Shown here piece after piece: positions 37,492 to 51,837 of a stretch of 64,000 nt of DNA. The DNA comes from Felis catus (taxonomy: Eukaryota). Position 1 is the stretch's first letter. The number at the start of each line of letters is the position of its first letter. Under the pieces are notes generated by a model, which was given only the letters and a program-made list of their open reading frames with translations, was not told the origin of the DNA and made no database searches. Location: positions 56,236,001-56,300,000 of the forward strand of contig NC_058368.1 in NCBI RefSeq assembly GCF_018350175.1, given 5' to 3'. Both the position numbers and the translations under genes were made by a program.

Positions 37492-38960
37492 TTTGTGGAC
37501 ATAGAGTTGTTTGTAGTATTCCTCTATTATCCACTTGACATCCATGAGATCATTACTAATACCCTTATCTCATTTATATTTGTAATTTGCTTCTTCCCTA
37601 TTTTCTTGATTAATGTATATAGAGATATATCAGTTTTATTAGTCTCCTCAAAAAATAAGCTATTGAATTCATTGATTTTCTCTATTGTTTTCTCTTTTCA
37701 ATTTCACTGAGTTTTGCTCTAATTTATTATTTCTTTCCTTATGCTTGCTTTAGATGTAAATTATTCTTTTTTCTCTGGTTTCCTAAGGCAAGAACTAACA
37801 TTATTGATTTCAGAAATTTATTTGTTCATAATATATGAACTTAATGCTATAAATTTTAATCTCAGTAGTGCTATCATAGCACCCAACAAATTTGACCAAG
37901 TTTATATTAATTTTTATTTAGTTCAAAATATGTTTATTCCTCTTGGCCTTTTTAATAACTTAAATTGGTCCTAAATAACCAATGTGTTAGTTAGAAGTTT
38001 GTCTTTTAATTTTGGGGTATTTGGAAGTTTTCTACTGTCCATCTCATTTTTATTTCTAATTTAATTCCATTGTGGTCTGAGAATATGGTATGTATAATCT
38101 CTACTCCTTTTAAGTTACATGGTGTTTTATATCTTACAATATGGTTTAATTTGGTGAATGCTCTCTTTGGCCTTGAGAAGAATGTGTATTTTGCTGGTTG
38201 GTGGTTGTAGTATTCCTTATATGACAGTGGATCAAGTTTATTGGCAATGCTGTTCAGGCCAACTATCTTTACTGATTTTCTGCCTGTTTAATTTGTCAAT
38301 TACCTGAAGAGAAACATTGAGGTCCTACCTATAATCATAGACTTTTTATTTCTTCTAGTTTTATCAGTCTTTGACTCGAGCCTTTTTAATGGTATCTTAT
38401 AAGGTGTAAACATGTTTAGGATTTTTTTTTTAAGAATCAAAGATTTATATTCATGTTGTATCTCTTTTTATCCCTAATAATTACCTTGTTCTGAAGTAGG
38501 CTTTGTGTGCAATGTAACTACTCTAGCTTTCTTTTGCTGAGTGGTTTCATGGTATATTTTTCTCTGTTCCTTTACTTTTATTCTACCCGTGTCTTTAAAG
38601 TGTTTTTTTTTTTGTACACCATATAGTTGGATTTTTAAAATCCTTTCTGACAACCTAGTTTTAGTTGTTTTATTTACTTATTCTCATTTAAGGATGTTAT
38701 AAATGTAGTTGGATTATTATCTACCACGTTTGTAACTGTTTTGTATAGGCTTTTTTTCCCTGTTGTTCTCCTATAGCCTCCTGTTCCTGCCTTCTTTGAT
38801 ATTAATTGTTCATTCGTTATTATTCCAGTATATCTCCTCTTTTATAATATCAATTATATTTCTCTAAAAAGATTGTTAACGGTTATCCTAAAACTGCCAA
38901 CAAATAATTTTAACGATTCTAAAACTGTCTTAATATAACACTATATTGTTTCATGTGTCA
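37492..38960 (-). mobile_element. Old L1 (endonuclease/linker region of ORF2)
   Basis: TTTCTAATTTAATTCCATTGTGGTCTGAGAA...CTTGAGAAGAATGTGTATTTTGCTG...ACTCTAGCTTTCTTTTG are antisense L1 hallmarks. Confidence 0.85.
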
Positions 38961-39199
38961 TGCAAGTACATTAAACTATTTGAGTTTGAATAAAGAACTC
39001 ACTTGAGTTCTAAAAATACATTGTATTAAAGTTGGTAATAATTGGTCAATATCTCTTATAAAAATGTTCCTCATAGGAAATAATTATTTTAAATGCAAGA
39101 TTGTTTCTATTTTTATTTAGAGTACCCATAGAAAAGCAAAATAAATAGAAAAATACAATCATATGTATGGTACATTTATTATATTAATGATGCCAGTTC

Positions 39200-39600
39200 T
39201 ATACAAATATTGATGTTGAATCAATGCAGCTTTGTTCAACATCCCTAAATAAAATGAATGCAGGGGGAGGTGGGAGAAAATGTCTTCCTTACACATGAAT
39301 GCTAATAAGAAATGTAGAAGAAATGATGGAATTATGAAATCATTACTTTGCTGCCATCAACTTTGATTTAGCAAAGAGTCATCAATAATGTTAAAAATAG
39401 TGCGTAAAAGCTATATGATGAGCAAGATGATTTTATAGTTCAAAATGTCTCCTCAAATTATTTATTATAATTATAAATTTAAAGAAGAGAAACCTGACCG
39501 ACACCACATTAACTAAGGGAGCAAAGATTACATGATTAATAACACAACAAACTAAAATCGTGTCTCTTCTGGTATAATGTACTAAGAATGACAGAGGATG
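39200..39600 (+). mobile_element. Old L1 (L1MC-like) 3' UTR fragment
   Basis: AAGAAATGTAGAAGAAATGATGGAATT...GAGAAACCTGACCGACACCACATTAAC. Confidence 0.55.
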
Positions 39601-41339
39601 AAAAAATGGAAACCTACTATTTGCTTATAAGGCAGAGCTTAGGAAGTATTTAATTAAAGTGTTAATGATAGAAAATAAATCAAAGAATACTCTTTGCTAT
39701 GATTTATGATAATAAACAATGATGAGTGAGATTAAAGGGGAGAATAATAAATGATCTAGACCAAGTTCAGGAGATCTCCATGAGAAATATTAGATGTCAA
39801 GAATGTTTGAGTTGGCTCACTTAAAGGAGATGGGGATTTAATGAGGCAATAGAATGTTCATTATCTGATAGAATAATTTATTCCAGATTTGTAGATCAAA
39901 CAGAAATTTAATTTCATAAGAAAACTGCTAACCCAGTTGATTATTAGCAATCAATGTGTTCAGAACAAATGCTCTTCAAAAATGTGTCAAAAGCAGAAGT
40001 TGTATTTACCAGTTTTAATTACAAAGAAGATAATAGAGACTTGTTTGGCCCTTAGAGCTTATACAAAAATATAACCATTTTATATATACATTTTATAAAA
40101 TTAGATGCAGAAAGTTGAATTATATTTCTTACATGTGGCAATAGAAAAAAATAGCAATGAAATTTTAAATATTACTAAACAGAAATTATTTGAACTGTAT
40201 AAATTAAAGACACAATTTGTCTGTTCTAATTCTGTCATTAGCTGGTGAAATATAATGGTATTGGCCCCATACCACTCCTATTAAGAACAGTATTGCTCAA
40301 ATAAACATGACCATCAGACAAATCTAATACAAGTAGACTGCCAGCCATATTAATAGTTAGAGTGGTGTGAAAACAGTGCAGGGTATGGCTCTGGAAATTA
40401 AACTGTGAACGACATTAGAAAATCCCCTCTAAAAGCAGAAAGGACAATTACTATGTTTGAAACTTTATCAAGTCTGTTGGTCGGTGGCATATACCAATTT
40501 GTATGTGTTTCTTATGTCCTTGGCTATCTCTACTGACCATATCATGAATTTAGGTGGAAATACAGAAATGCTGAATAATCTGCCTTATTATTTCTTTCTC
40601 TGAGATAGAATAAAAGCCATTTTTGCTAATGGAATATGTTAACAGTTAACTGGGATGAAGCAAGTTTCTTCAGGAATCCAGTATCCAGAGCTAAAGTGTG
40701 TACTGTATCCTCTGTCTCTGTCTCTCTCTCTCTCACACACACACACATACACACACACTCACACATCACACACACACGTAAAATGATATTTCAAATGATA
40801 CATTTGATTCATTGAGATATATTATTGAAAAATAATCGTTCAAATTCAGGTATTTCCTTTTGATTTGTTTATATTGGGAGTAAACATGCTGCATCACTGA
40901 CAAAGTATGAATGCAGATAATATACATGTCTATACATTATATATGACATTTCTGACAAAAAATTTACACAGACACAATAATTTGCAAATAGAAGAAGGAT
41001 TCAGTGTATATCTTTCATTCTTTGGTAAAACAAAATTGTAATCCTTTCACCCATACTCATTAAAAAAAAAAATGTTCCTGGCTCTTAAATCCCAAACATG
41101 GGATTATGGTCATTGATAAGATATTCTCTTCCTGCAATAAACTAAAATTTAAAAAAATAAATAAATAAACTAAAAGTACTAGTTTGGTTACAACTAATGA
41201 AAATATAGAATTTAAATGTTATTGTGGTAAGTGTTATCATAATGCATTTCAAAGAAATCATTTTGGTAATATTCTTATTTCTGTTTTCATATCTAGACTA
41301 GAATCCACATGTTCTATCGTATTTAACACTGCGTTCTCT

Positions 41340-41522
41340 TGTTTGTTTTGGTTTTGGTTTTTATTTTAGAGAGAGTGCACCAGTGGGGGAGAGGGGCAGA
41401 GGGAGAGAGAGAATGTTAAGCAGGCTTCACTCTGACTGTGGTCCCCAACATAGGCCTCAATCCCATACCCCTGGGATCATGTCCTGAGCTGAAATCAAGA
41501 GTCAGATGCTCAACTGACTGAC
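41340..41522 (-). mobile_element. Can-SINE, 5'-truncated
   Basis: GATCATGTCCTGAGCTGAAATCAAGAGTCAGATGCTCAACTGACTGA. Confidence 0.85.
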
Positions 41523-41618
41523 TGTATTCTTACTGATGATGATTAATGAAAGTGATAAGTGCTATAGGAATGAATCAACATACAAAATAAACCTTTCCTG
41601 AGGCACCTGGCTAGCTCA

Positions 41619-41705
41619 GCCAGTAAAGCATGTGACTCTTGATCTACGGTTGTGAGTTTGAACCCCACATTGGGTATAGAGATTACTTAAAAATAAAATT
41701 AAAAG
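41619..41705 (+). mobile_element. Short old Can-SINE (tRNA-like head only)
   Basis: GGCACCTGGCTAGCTCAGCCAGTAAAGCATGTGACTCTTGATCT...GTGAGTTTGAACCCCACATTGGGTATAGAGATTACTTAAAAATAAAA. Confidence 0.85.
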
Positions 41706-44284
41706 AAAAGCACAAAGAGAATCTTCCATAATATTTTGTTCAATGAAGACTACTCTAAATATTATTTTAGTGTCAATATTGGCTCAAATTCCTTATAATA
41801 ATTACCTTATTTTCTCCAATATGTCAGCAAGTTAGTATTGAGAAATAATGGCGAATGATACAGGCAAGGACTATGGTACCCATGAAACATTAGAGTTTAA
41901 AGAAGCAGGAAGGGCTTTCAGAAATAATTAAACTATTAGATATACAGTTAAAAGCCAGAGAATTTCATTTTGTGTGAGTGGCCAGATATGAATAGTGGTT
42001 TGAGAGAGGTCCAGGAGTGCGGGAGGAGGCATAAGGAAGGAAGAAAGATGTTTGTGGCAGAAGGAAAAGTTACATAAATGCTTGAATTAGAAACTTAGTA
42101 CAGTCTAGGAACAGAAAGAAGGTTCATGTTGTATGTGGAAAAGCGGGATACTAGCCGTCAAAATCGGGAATAAGCCACAAAGAGGTCATAATATCTGTTT
42201 TAGGAATAGATTCACTCAGTCACACATGCATAAATGTGAAAATATATCTATAACAAGTTACACAATGCTGTCTTAATTATGATATCAAGCGCTAAGCTTG
42301 GAATAATTTCCATAATTTGCTGTAATTTTCACTACTGTGACAAATCAGTTTTTATGGATTTTTAAAATGCTGATGTTATTGAAGTTACCATTCAATGCAG
42401 AAACAAAAGTTGCCACTAGCTAAATGTTGTGTATTTGACTTGGGTATTTAGTTGATATGACATGTAGGTCAAATATTTGCTTCTTTTTAGAAACACGCAT
42501 TACCGGCTGATACACATTAAATTTATTATTGCATGCTGGAGGTGCTCTGCATACAGACTTTCATTGCTGAACAAAATCTAGATCTCCATAAGTAATAAAT
42601 AATAGACAACCTATCATTTATGCATTGCTATATTTTCTTTATATTAGAGTTAGGTTTTCTCTGAATATTCCATTGTGGTATTCTAATGACTTTTTGGAAA
42701 ATTGAACATACTATATTCTATAATCATTTTGGTAAAATTTGAGGATTATACTACATATAAATATTAATGTTTAATTTCAAATTATAATTCACTTTTAGTA
42801 CTTTTGGAGTTAGCTTATAAAAAGGCAAAGTATTTATCCCTTGCTTTAATTCTTACTTTAAAAAGGTTCCTCAAAAACTTAATAGTCATAAAGAAAAAAA
42901 TCACCCTATATCAATTAAGCATATTATTTTTTATTAGAGAGAAATAAATGACACACAAAAAGCTGTATGTATTTAATGTATATAACCTAATGTGTTGGAA
43001 CCGTGTGACTGTATCACCACACTCTGTGATATAATCCATCCCATTCAAGTTTCCTTCTGCCCTCTCTCATTTATTATTATTGGAGGGGAATAAGAACATT
43101 TAACAGGAGATTTACCCCCTTAGTAAAATTTTAAGTATACAATACAGTATTGATAACTACAGATACTATGCTATACAATATATTTCTAGGGCTTATTCAT
43201 TTTGTGCAGTTGAAACTTTGCATGCTTTGACTTTACTACTTCCCTATTTCACTTGCCCTCTGTCCCCAGTTTTTAACAACCACCATTCTAATCTGTGCCT
43301 CCATAAGTTTGACTATTTTAGATTACTCATATAAATGGCATCATGTAGTATTTGTCTTGTGTGTCTGATTTATTTTACTTAACAAATGTTTTCTAGGTTC
43401 ATTCATGTTCTCACAAATGGCAAGATTTACTTCTTTATTAAGACTTAATGATATTCCATTGTGCGCATGTACTACTTTCTTTACCTAATCATTTGTTGAT
43501 GTACATTTAGGTTGCTTCCATGTCTTGACCATTGTGAATGGTACTCCTATAATCATTGGAATGCAGATATCGTTTGAAATCCTGAATTCAATTCCTTTGG
43601 CTATATATCCAGAAGTAGGGTTTCTGCATCATGTGGTAGTTCTAGTATTAGTTTTTTGAGGAACTTCCAATTCTTTTTTCATAGTGGCTACACCAATTTA
43701 AATCCCCACCAACATTATCCAATGGTCTTTGTCTACAACCTCACCAACACGTTTTTTTAATAGCCACCTTAACAGGTGTAAGGTAATATCTCATGGTGGC
43801 TTTTAATTAAATTTCCCTAATGCTTAGTAATACTGAGTATTGTTTCATATTCCTGTAGGCAGTTTGTATGTCTTCTTTGGAGGAATGTCCATTTGGTTTC
43901 TTTGCCCATTTTTAATTGGATTATTTGTTTCTGTTTTTGTTTTATGCTCTTGAGTTGTGGAATTTCTTTATATATTTTGGACATTAACCCTTTATAAGAT
44001 ACATGGTTTGCAAATCATCATTTCTGTGCTGTAGGTTGCCTTTTTATTTTGTCGAATGTTTTCTTTGCTGTGCAGAAGCTTTTTGGTTTGATGCAAACTT
44101 ACTTGTCAGTGTGATACACTACATTACTAGAATGAAGGACAAATATCACATGATTGTTTCAATAGATGCAGAGAATGCATTTCACAAAGTCCAATACCTT
44201 TTCATGTTAAAAACTCTCAACAAATTAGATATAGAAAGAACTTACCTCAACACAGGAAATACTGTGTATAAAAAGCCCATACCT

Positions 44285-45711
44285 CCTAGTTCAATTGATC
44301 AGTTGTAAGGTGATTCTATTTTTAATTTTTTGAGGAACTTCTATACTGTTTTCCAGACTGTACCAGTTTACATTCCTACAAGCAGTGCAAAAGGGTTCCC
44401 CTTTATCTGCATCTGTGCCAACATCTGTTGTTCCCAAGTTGTTAATTTTAGCCATTCTGACAGGTGTGAGGTGATATCTCATTGTGGTTTTGATTTGTAT
44501 TTTTCTGATGATGAATGATGTTGAACATCTTTTCATGTGTCTGTTTGCCATCTGGATGTCTTCTTTGTCAAAGTGTCTATTCATGTCTTCTGCCCATTTC
44601 TTCACTGGAATATTTGTTTTTTGGGGTGTTGAGTTTGATAACTCTTTATAGACTTTGGATACTAACTATCTGATATGTCATTTGCCAAATACCTTCTCCC
44701 ATTCTATCAGTTGCCTTTGAGGTTTTTTTTATTGTTTCCTTCACTATTCAGAAGCTTTTTATCTTGATGAGGTCCCTGTAGTTCATTTTTACTTTTATTT
44801 CTCTCACCTCTAGAGACATATGTTGTAAGAAGTAAGAAAAGAAGTACGTAAGTAAGAAGTTGCTGCGACCAAGGTCAAAGATGTTGCTGCCTGTGTTCTC
44901 CTCTAGGATTTTGATGGTTTCTTACCTCACATTTCGGTCTTTCATCCACTTTGAATTTTTGTTTTTGTATGGTGTAAGAAGGTGGCCCAGTTTCATTGCT
45001 CTGCATGTTGCTGTCCAGTTTTCCCAGTGCCATTTGCTGAAGAGATTGTCTTTTTTCCATTGAAGATTCTTTCCTGGTTTCTCAAAGATTAGTGGGTCAT
45101 ATCTTTGTGCGTCCATTTCTGGGTTCTCTATTCTGTTCCATTGGTCTATGTGTCTGTTTTTGTGCCATTACCATACTGTCTTGATGATTACAGTTTTGTG
45201 ATACAGGTTGAAGTCCAGAATTGTGATGCCTCCAGCTTTGGTTTTCTTTTTCAATATTACTTTGTCTATTCAGGGTCTTTTCTGGTTCCCTAAACATTTT
45301 ATGATTCCTTTTTCTAGCTACTAGATATTTATCCAAGGGATACAAAGTGCTGATTTGAAGGGGTACATGCACACCAATGTTTATAGAGCACTATCAGCAA
45401 TGGCCTAATTATGGAAAGAGTCTAAAAGTTCATTGACTGATGAATGGATAAAGAAGATCATATAGGGGCGCCTGGGTGGCGCAGTCAGTTAAGCGTCCGA
45501 CTTCAGCCAGGTCGCGATCTCGCGGTCCGTGAGTTCGAGCCCCGCGTCAGGCTCTGAGCTGATGGCTCAGAGCCTGGAGCCTGTTTCTGATTCTGAGTCT
45601 CCCTCTCTCTCTGCCCCTCCCCGTACATGCTCTGTCTCCCTCTGTCCCAAAAATAAATAAACGTTGAAAAAAAAAATTAAAAAAAAAAAAAAAGAAGATC
45701 ATATATATGTG

Positions 45712-45747
<36 letters not shown>

Positions 45748-46173
45748 GGAATACCACTTGGTGAACTTGGTGATCAAAAAGAATGAAATCTTGCCATTTG
45801 CAACAATGTGGATAGAATTAGAGTGTATTATGCTAAGTGAAATGAGTCAATCAGAGAAAGACAAATATCATATGATTTCACTCATGTGGAATTTAAGAGA
45901 CACAACAGATGAACATAAGGGAAGGGAAGGAAAAATAAGATAAAACAGAGAGGGAGGCAACCCATAAGAGACTTTTAAAGGTAGAGAACAAACTGAGGGT
46001 TACTGGTGAGGAGAAGAGTGGGGAGGTGGTGAAATAGATGATGGGCATTAAAGAGGGCACTTGTTAGGATGAGCACTGGGTGTTATATGTAAATGATGAA
46101 TCACTGGATTCTACTCCTGATACTAACACTATGCCGTTTGTTAACTAAGTTGAATTTAAATAAATAATTTTTT
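44285..46173 (+). mobile_element. Younger feline L1 with 5' inversion, nested in the older L1
   Basis: Antisense ORF2 44285-45317, then sense 45318-46173 to the 3' end; TSD AAAAGCCCATACCT (44271) / AAAAGCCCAGAGCT (46174). Confidence 0.85.
45465..45690 (+). mobile_element. Young feline SINEC_Fc-type Can-SINE
   Basis: CpG-rich GGGGCGCCTGGGTGGCGCAGTC...GATCTCGCGGTCCGTGAGTTCGAGCCCCGCG; perfect TSD AAAGAAGATCATATA at 45450-45464 and 45691-45705. Confidence 0.95.
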
Positions 46174-46401
46174 AAAAGCCCAGAGCTAACATCATACTTG
46201 ATGGTATAAAACTGAAAATTTTTCTGTGAGTTTCAGAACAAGGCAACAAATATTCTCACCACTTTTGTTCAAGATAGTACTGAAGTCCTAGACAAAGAAA
46301 TTAGGTAAGAAAAAGAAACAAAAACATCAAAATCGGAAAGGAAGAAATGAAATTATCTTTGTTTGAAGTTGTACGTGATTGTTTATGTAGAAAATACTAG
46401 A

Positions 46402-46439
<38 letters not shown>

Positions 46440-46914
46440 ACAGAGACACACAGACTTTTAGAACTAGTCATCAAAATCAGTAAAGTTGCAGGATGCAAAA
46501 TCAGCATACAATATTCAGTTGCATTTCTATACAGCAACAACAAACTCTCCAAAAAGGAAATCAAGAAAACAATCCCATTTACATTAGCTTCGAAAAGAAT
46601 AAAATACTTATGAGTAGCTTAACCAAGAAATTGAAAGTTTTATACACTGAAAACTATAAATCATAGATGAAAGAAATTAAAGAAGATACACATAAATGGA
46701 AAGGCATCATATGTACATGAATTGGAAGAGTTAATATTGTTAAAATGTCCATACTACTCAAAGTGATCTACATATTCAATACAAAACCTATCTTTCAGTG
46801 TGATACAGTGAAAAGAAAAAAAAAAACCCTCCAATATTTACATGAAACTACCAATTATACCAAATAGCCAAAGCAATCCTGTGAAAGAAAAACAAATCTG
46901 GAAAATCATATTCC

Positions 46915-47372
46915 TTTTTCTTTCTTCCTTCCTCCCTCCCCCCTCCCCCCTCCCACTATCTCCCTTCCTTCCTTCCTTCTTTTCTTTCTTTTGGAACAGA
47001 TTACTATAATTTAAAACAAATTTTTTTTCTTCAAAGATTTTATTTAAATTCAGGTTAGGTAACATATAGCATATAATGTAGTATTGGTTTTAGAAAAGAA
47101 TTTAGTGATTCATCACTTAAATATAATACCCAGTGTTCATCACAAAGAGTGCCTTCCTTAATGCCCATCACCCATTTAGCCCGTCACCCTACTCACCTCC
47201 CCTCCAGCAACCCTCAGTTTGTTCTCTATAGGTAAGTGTCTCTTATAGCTTGCCTCCCTCTCTCTTTTTTTTTTTCCTTGTCCCCTATGTTCATCTATTT
47301 TGTTTCTTAAATTCCACCTATGAATGAAATCATATGATACTTGCCTTTTTCTGACTGACTTATTTCACTTAG
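46915..47372 (-). mobile_element. Carnivore L1 3' end inserted in the older L1 ORF2
   Basis: Antisense 3' UTR 47021-47372 preceded by a pyrimidine-rich tail region; host L1 resumes at TTTCTGATTTCAGACTG. Confidence 0.85.
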
Positions 47373-47594
47373 ATTTCTGATTTCAGACTGTGCTACAAAG
47401 CTATAGTAATCAAAACAAAAAGGCACTTGCATAAAAACAGAGATAATTACCAGTGAAGCAGAATGAACAATACACAAATAAACCCACACATATATAGGTA
47501 ACTAGTCTTCAGCAAAGGTGCCAGTAATATTTAAGGTGAAAGGATAGCGTCTTCAATAAATGGATATCTACCTGCAAAAGAATGAAAAGGGACC

Positions 47595-47806
47595 GGGGTG
47601 CCTGGGTGGCTCAGTTGGTTAAGCATCCAACTCTTGATTTTAGCTCAGGTCCTGATCTCACATTTCCTGAGTTCAAGCCCTGCATCCAGCTCTCAGTGCA
47701 GAGCCTACTTGGGATTTGCTCTCTTTCTCCCTGTCTCTCTGCCCATTTCCCATTTGTGAACACACTCTCTCTCTTTCTCTCTGTCTCAAAATAAATAAAC
47801 TTAAAA
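47595..47806 (+). mobile_element. Can-SINE in L1
   Basis: TSD about AAAAGAATGAAA on both sides. Confidence 0.9.
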
Positions 47807-48779
47807 AAAAGAATGAAATTGGACAATTAGTTTAAACAATACACAGAAATAAACTCAAATGGATTAAAGAGTTAAATATAAGACCTGGAAACATAAAAAT
47901 CCTGGAGAAAACATTGGGGAAAGCCTTTTTGATCCTTGGCAATAACTTATTGGATATGACACTGAAAAGACAGAGAACAAAAGCAAAAATAAGTATAATA
48001 TTATAAAACCAAAAAAACTTAATGCTATTATATCTTAATACTGTTCTGTGAAAGGAAGTGATAGGAAAAAATATATTCCTAAGATATTATTTATATTACC
48101 TTAATTTAAAGGTATTTCATATCAGTTACTATTAATATATCTAAATGCAAAAGAACTAGAAATCTTATTCTAAATTTTTATAGTATTTTATGTTAATAAA
48201 TTCATAAAGAAAATGAGAATATAATAATGTCTGCAATATGAAAAAGTGGAAAATAGAAACAAAGGTAATGTGATACAGTGAAAAGAGAAAAGATATTGTT
48301 CGACCTGAACAAGTTCCAATCATTATTTCAAACAATACCTCCATCATTATTTCAAACAATGTTCTCCAGGGTATACCTCCACATCTGTCACGTATATATC
48401 CTTAAGAAGTTTATTTCCTCATGTATATTAAGATCATTTCAATTTTTTGTAACAGTAGACCCAATTATGCTGATTAAAGCAAAAACAAACAAACAAACTA
48501 ACAAAAAATGAAGGGAATTTAGTTTTTGTGATTACAAAGTCCAGTTAGTCCTCAAGGTAGGTAAGGCTGTCTCCTAGCTAAAAAAATCTCACCAAGAACC
48601 TGCTTGAGAACAGTATCTCAGTTTCCCAGTTGATAAAAGAAAAGAATAACAGAATCTGCTTTCTGCAATCATTGCGAGGTCTAAATGAGGTTTAAGTAAG
48701 TTAGATGTTTAGGAGATTATCAGGAACATAAAAGTTTTGTGTACTTACTAATTAAGTATTGACTGCAATATGTGACTTC

Positions 48780-50525
48780 ATACTTTTCATTTGTCTGAAT
48801 AAACTTGCCAACAATGTCATTTGATGTAGCATCTAAAACATGAAGTACTTTAGAATAAATTTAATGAACTAGGCATCCACAGTAAAAACTGTGACACACT
48901 GCTGATTGAAAAATTAAAAGACTCAATTAAATGAAAAGAGAGAGGCATCGTTCATATTTATGAATTTGAAAACAAAATATTGTTTAAATGATAATGTTCC
49001 TGAAATTTATAGATTTAACTCAATCAAAAATCCATCAGACATTTGTGTAGTAATTAGTAAACTGAGATGACATTTATGACCAACAAAACATTTGCAAAGA
49101 AGAAAGCTGAAAGTTGTACACTGATTTCAAGACATATTTGAAATCTAAACCAATCAAATCAGTGTGGCAATTGCATGAAGTAGAAACATGGAACAGCAGA
49201 GAGAGTACATAATTGATGGACATACAAATGATACATTGATTTTTGAAAAGCATCACCTGCAAATCTATGGAAGAGATTAATCTTAAGAAAAAATATATAT
49301 TAAAAAAATTGTAACCTTTAGTTTATACTATATACAAAAAAGTACTTCAAAATGGATTAGAGGACTAGCATAAAAGCAGAAGCTATAACCTTTCTAGAAG
49401 AAAAGAGAAAATATTTGTTACCTTGGGGTGAGCTGAAGTTTTCAAGATAGGACACAAAAAAGTACCCACCAAAAAAGAAATGATATACCTGATTTAATTG
49501 ACATTACAATATTCTGCTCTTCAAAGTCTTTCTTAAAAATAGAGATGAATCACAGGGTGGAAGAAAACATGTAAACTATAAATATCTCACAAACTTGTAA
49601 TATCCAGACTGTATTAAGAATGTAAAACTCACATGAATAGTACACAATTAAAAGAACACATATATCACAAAAAGAAGGAAAACAAGGGGGCAATAAGTTT
49701 ACGGAAAGATTATCAACATCATTAGTCACCAAAGACATGCAAAGAAAATTCTAATTGTACAGTGCATTACATCCACCATTAGAATGACTAAAATTTTAAA
49801 AACTGTTAATACCAAATTGGCCAAAATTCTTGAGCAAGAGGAACTCTCCTACATTCCCTATGGATGTATAAATTCACACAACCAAATATGAAAGTAGATT
49901 TCCATTTTGTCACAAAATTAAATGTACTTAATATACAACCCAGCAAATCCAGTTCTGATATTTTACCCAATACCCAAAATGTCCATAAAAAATATATGTA
50001 AGTGTTCATAGTGGCTTTATTCATAACATCCAGAAATTGGAAACAAATAGTCAAAATACATTTAAATAAACATAACTGATATAATCATGTGGTGATTTAA
50101 TCTATATGAAATCTAATCATATAGATTAAATCATATATGTTATAATCATATAGTTAAATCATATAGTGAAATAGTAATTAACAATAAAATGAATGAGGTC
50201 TTTCCACTTTCCACAGCACAGATGAATATGAAACAAATTTAGTGGAAGAAGCTAGTCAGACACGAAGGCATATATACTGTATTATTCAATTCATGTAAAT
50301 GTAAAGTTCTGCAACAGACAAACCTATTCCACAGAGATATAAATCATATTAACAGTTTCCAGGATAGTGGGGACGAGGGGATTTATAAATAAGGGAGGTC
50401 CAGGGAATTTTCTGAGATTATGAATGCCCACTGCATCATAAATGTAGTGTTGGTTATATATGGTATACTTTGTCAAAAATCAGTGAACTATGTATTAAAA
50501 GTTTTATCACATGAAATTTATAACT
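48780..50525 (+). mobile_element. Old L1 (L1MC/ME-like) ORF2 3' part and 3' UTR
   Basis: TATACTATATACAAAAA..TTCAAAATGGATTAGAG...GTTCATAGTGGCTTTATTCATAAC...TTTGTCAAAAATCAGTGAACT. Confidence 0.75.
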
Positions 50526-51837
50526 TAAAAAGATAACGAAATGTTACGGTCTAAAGAGAAAAGTCAATTGAAAACATCAATAATTTCATACTCATTAACC
50601 ATAAAATACAACTTGAAAGAAGCTGGCTAGCATTTTTATAAAAAAGAAAAAATATTTATAAAAGAACAACTTACAAAAAATACCCTTCAGAAAAATAGCA
50701 AACCTCATTAGAACAAATATGGCTAAGAAAATGATTAATGTATGTGCATGTGTTCTAAGAATAATTATTTTGTTTACATGTTAATATTCAGGTACTCCAT
50801 ATTGTTCTTAAATAATGTATATATTTTTCAAATAATTTCATTTGTGCAAAAAGGATGATATATATGTCCATCATTACAATCAAACTGTTTTAGTCTAATG
50901 TAATTTTAATTACTTTAGCAGTTTTTGTCACTCTAGAAGTTCTCAGACTTCTACAGTAAACAAAGCTATCATTCTTTTCTCTGAGTAGATAACATTCAAT
51001 CATCCTTATAGTCTACACTGTCTTTCACTTTCTGAAAACCAACCCTGTCTTCACAATCCTGTTGGTGTGTATGTAACATCATAACCCTCAATTTACAGTC
51101 AGATGCTTGAACAAACTCAAAGGCTTCTAGTTCTCTTAATATTTTGAGTCAGTACTAATCAATCTCCAAAAAGATCCATGTATTGTGTTTCTTTATATTA
51201 CATATACTACTCATAGAGCAAAAATCCACATCATCTGTAATTTGGATATTTTAGAAAAGGATATATACATTTCTTAATTTGGATATTTTAAATTTGGTCT
51301 TTACAAGTCTATTTGGTCCCAGCCACACATCATCATGGTTTTTAAAGTTTTATTTGTTCTTTATTACTTTAAGAATGATATCGAATCCCACTTCCATGGC
51401 ATATAAAGTCTTTATTATAATTATTTAAAGGTTTGGCAATAGTGCAGACATTCTGGGACACTGAGCCTCTTAGTGGTTATGTGATTTTTGGAAAGCTTTT
51501 GGACTATTTGTTTGATTTAGGAACGTGAAAACTATTGCTAAGACCAATTCTGGTAGAATGGTTGGGATAAAAGCCATGGTGTTCTATAGATTGATTTAAT
51601 ATGTACATATACCTAATATCTGACACTCTGAATACCACTGGGAATGCAACACGAATAAACTAAGGATAAAATACAAGTTGACTAAGTAGCCCATTAAAAT
51701 TAAGAACAAAAATAGTGACTTTGCTTCAGAAATGTACTAGTATTGAGGCTTTATATATAAAGATCACATGGTACCCCCAAATTTGATATATTTGTATTTG
51801 TATTAATTGTGATGGCTTCATCAATGTATAACACATT

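Larger units (their letters stand above)
42925..48020 (-). mobile_element. Older L1 (L1MA-like) with 5' inversion, hosting nested insertions
   Basis: 42925-44095 is the antisense 3' end; 44100-48020 is sense ORF2 (HMIVSIDAENAFHKVQ...) ending at AAAACCAAAAAAACTT, the same L1 position where the antisense arm stops (ATCAAACCAAAAAGCTTCTG). Confidence 0.8.

Noticed and set aside
41619..41705. tRNA-like sequence
   Set aside because: Short Can-SINE with an A tail, not a tRNA gene
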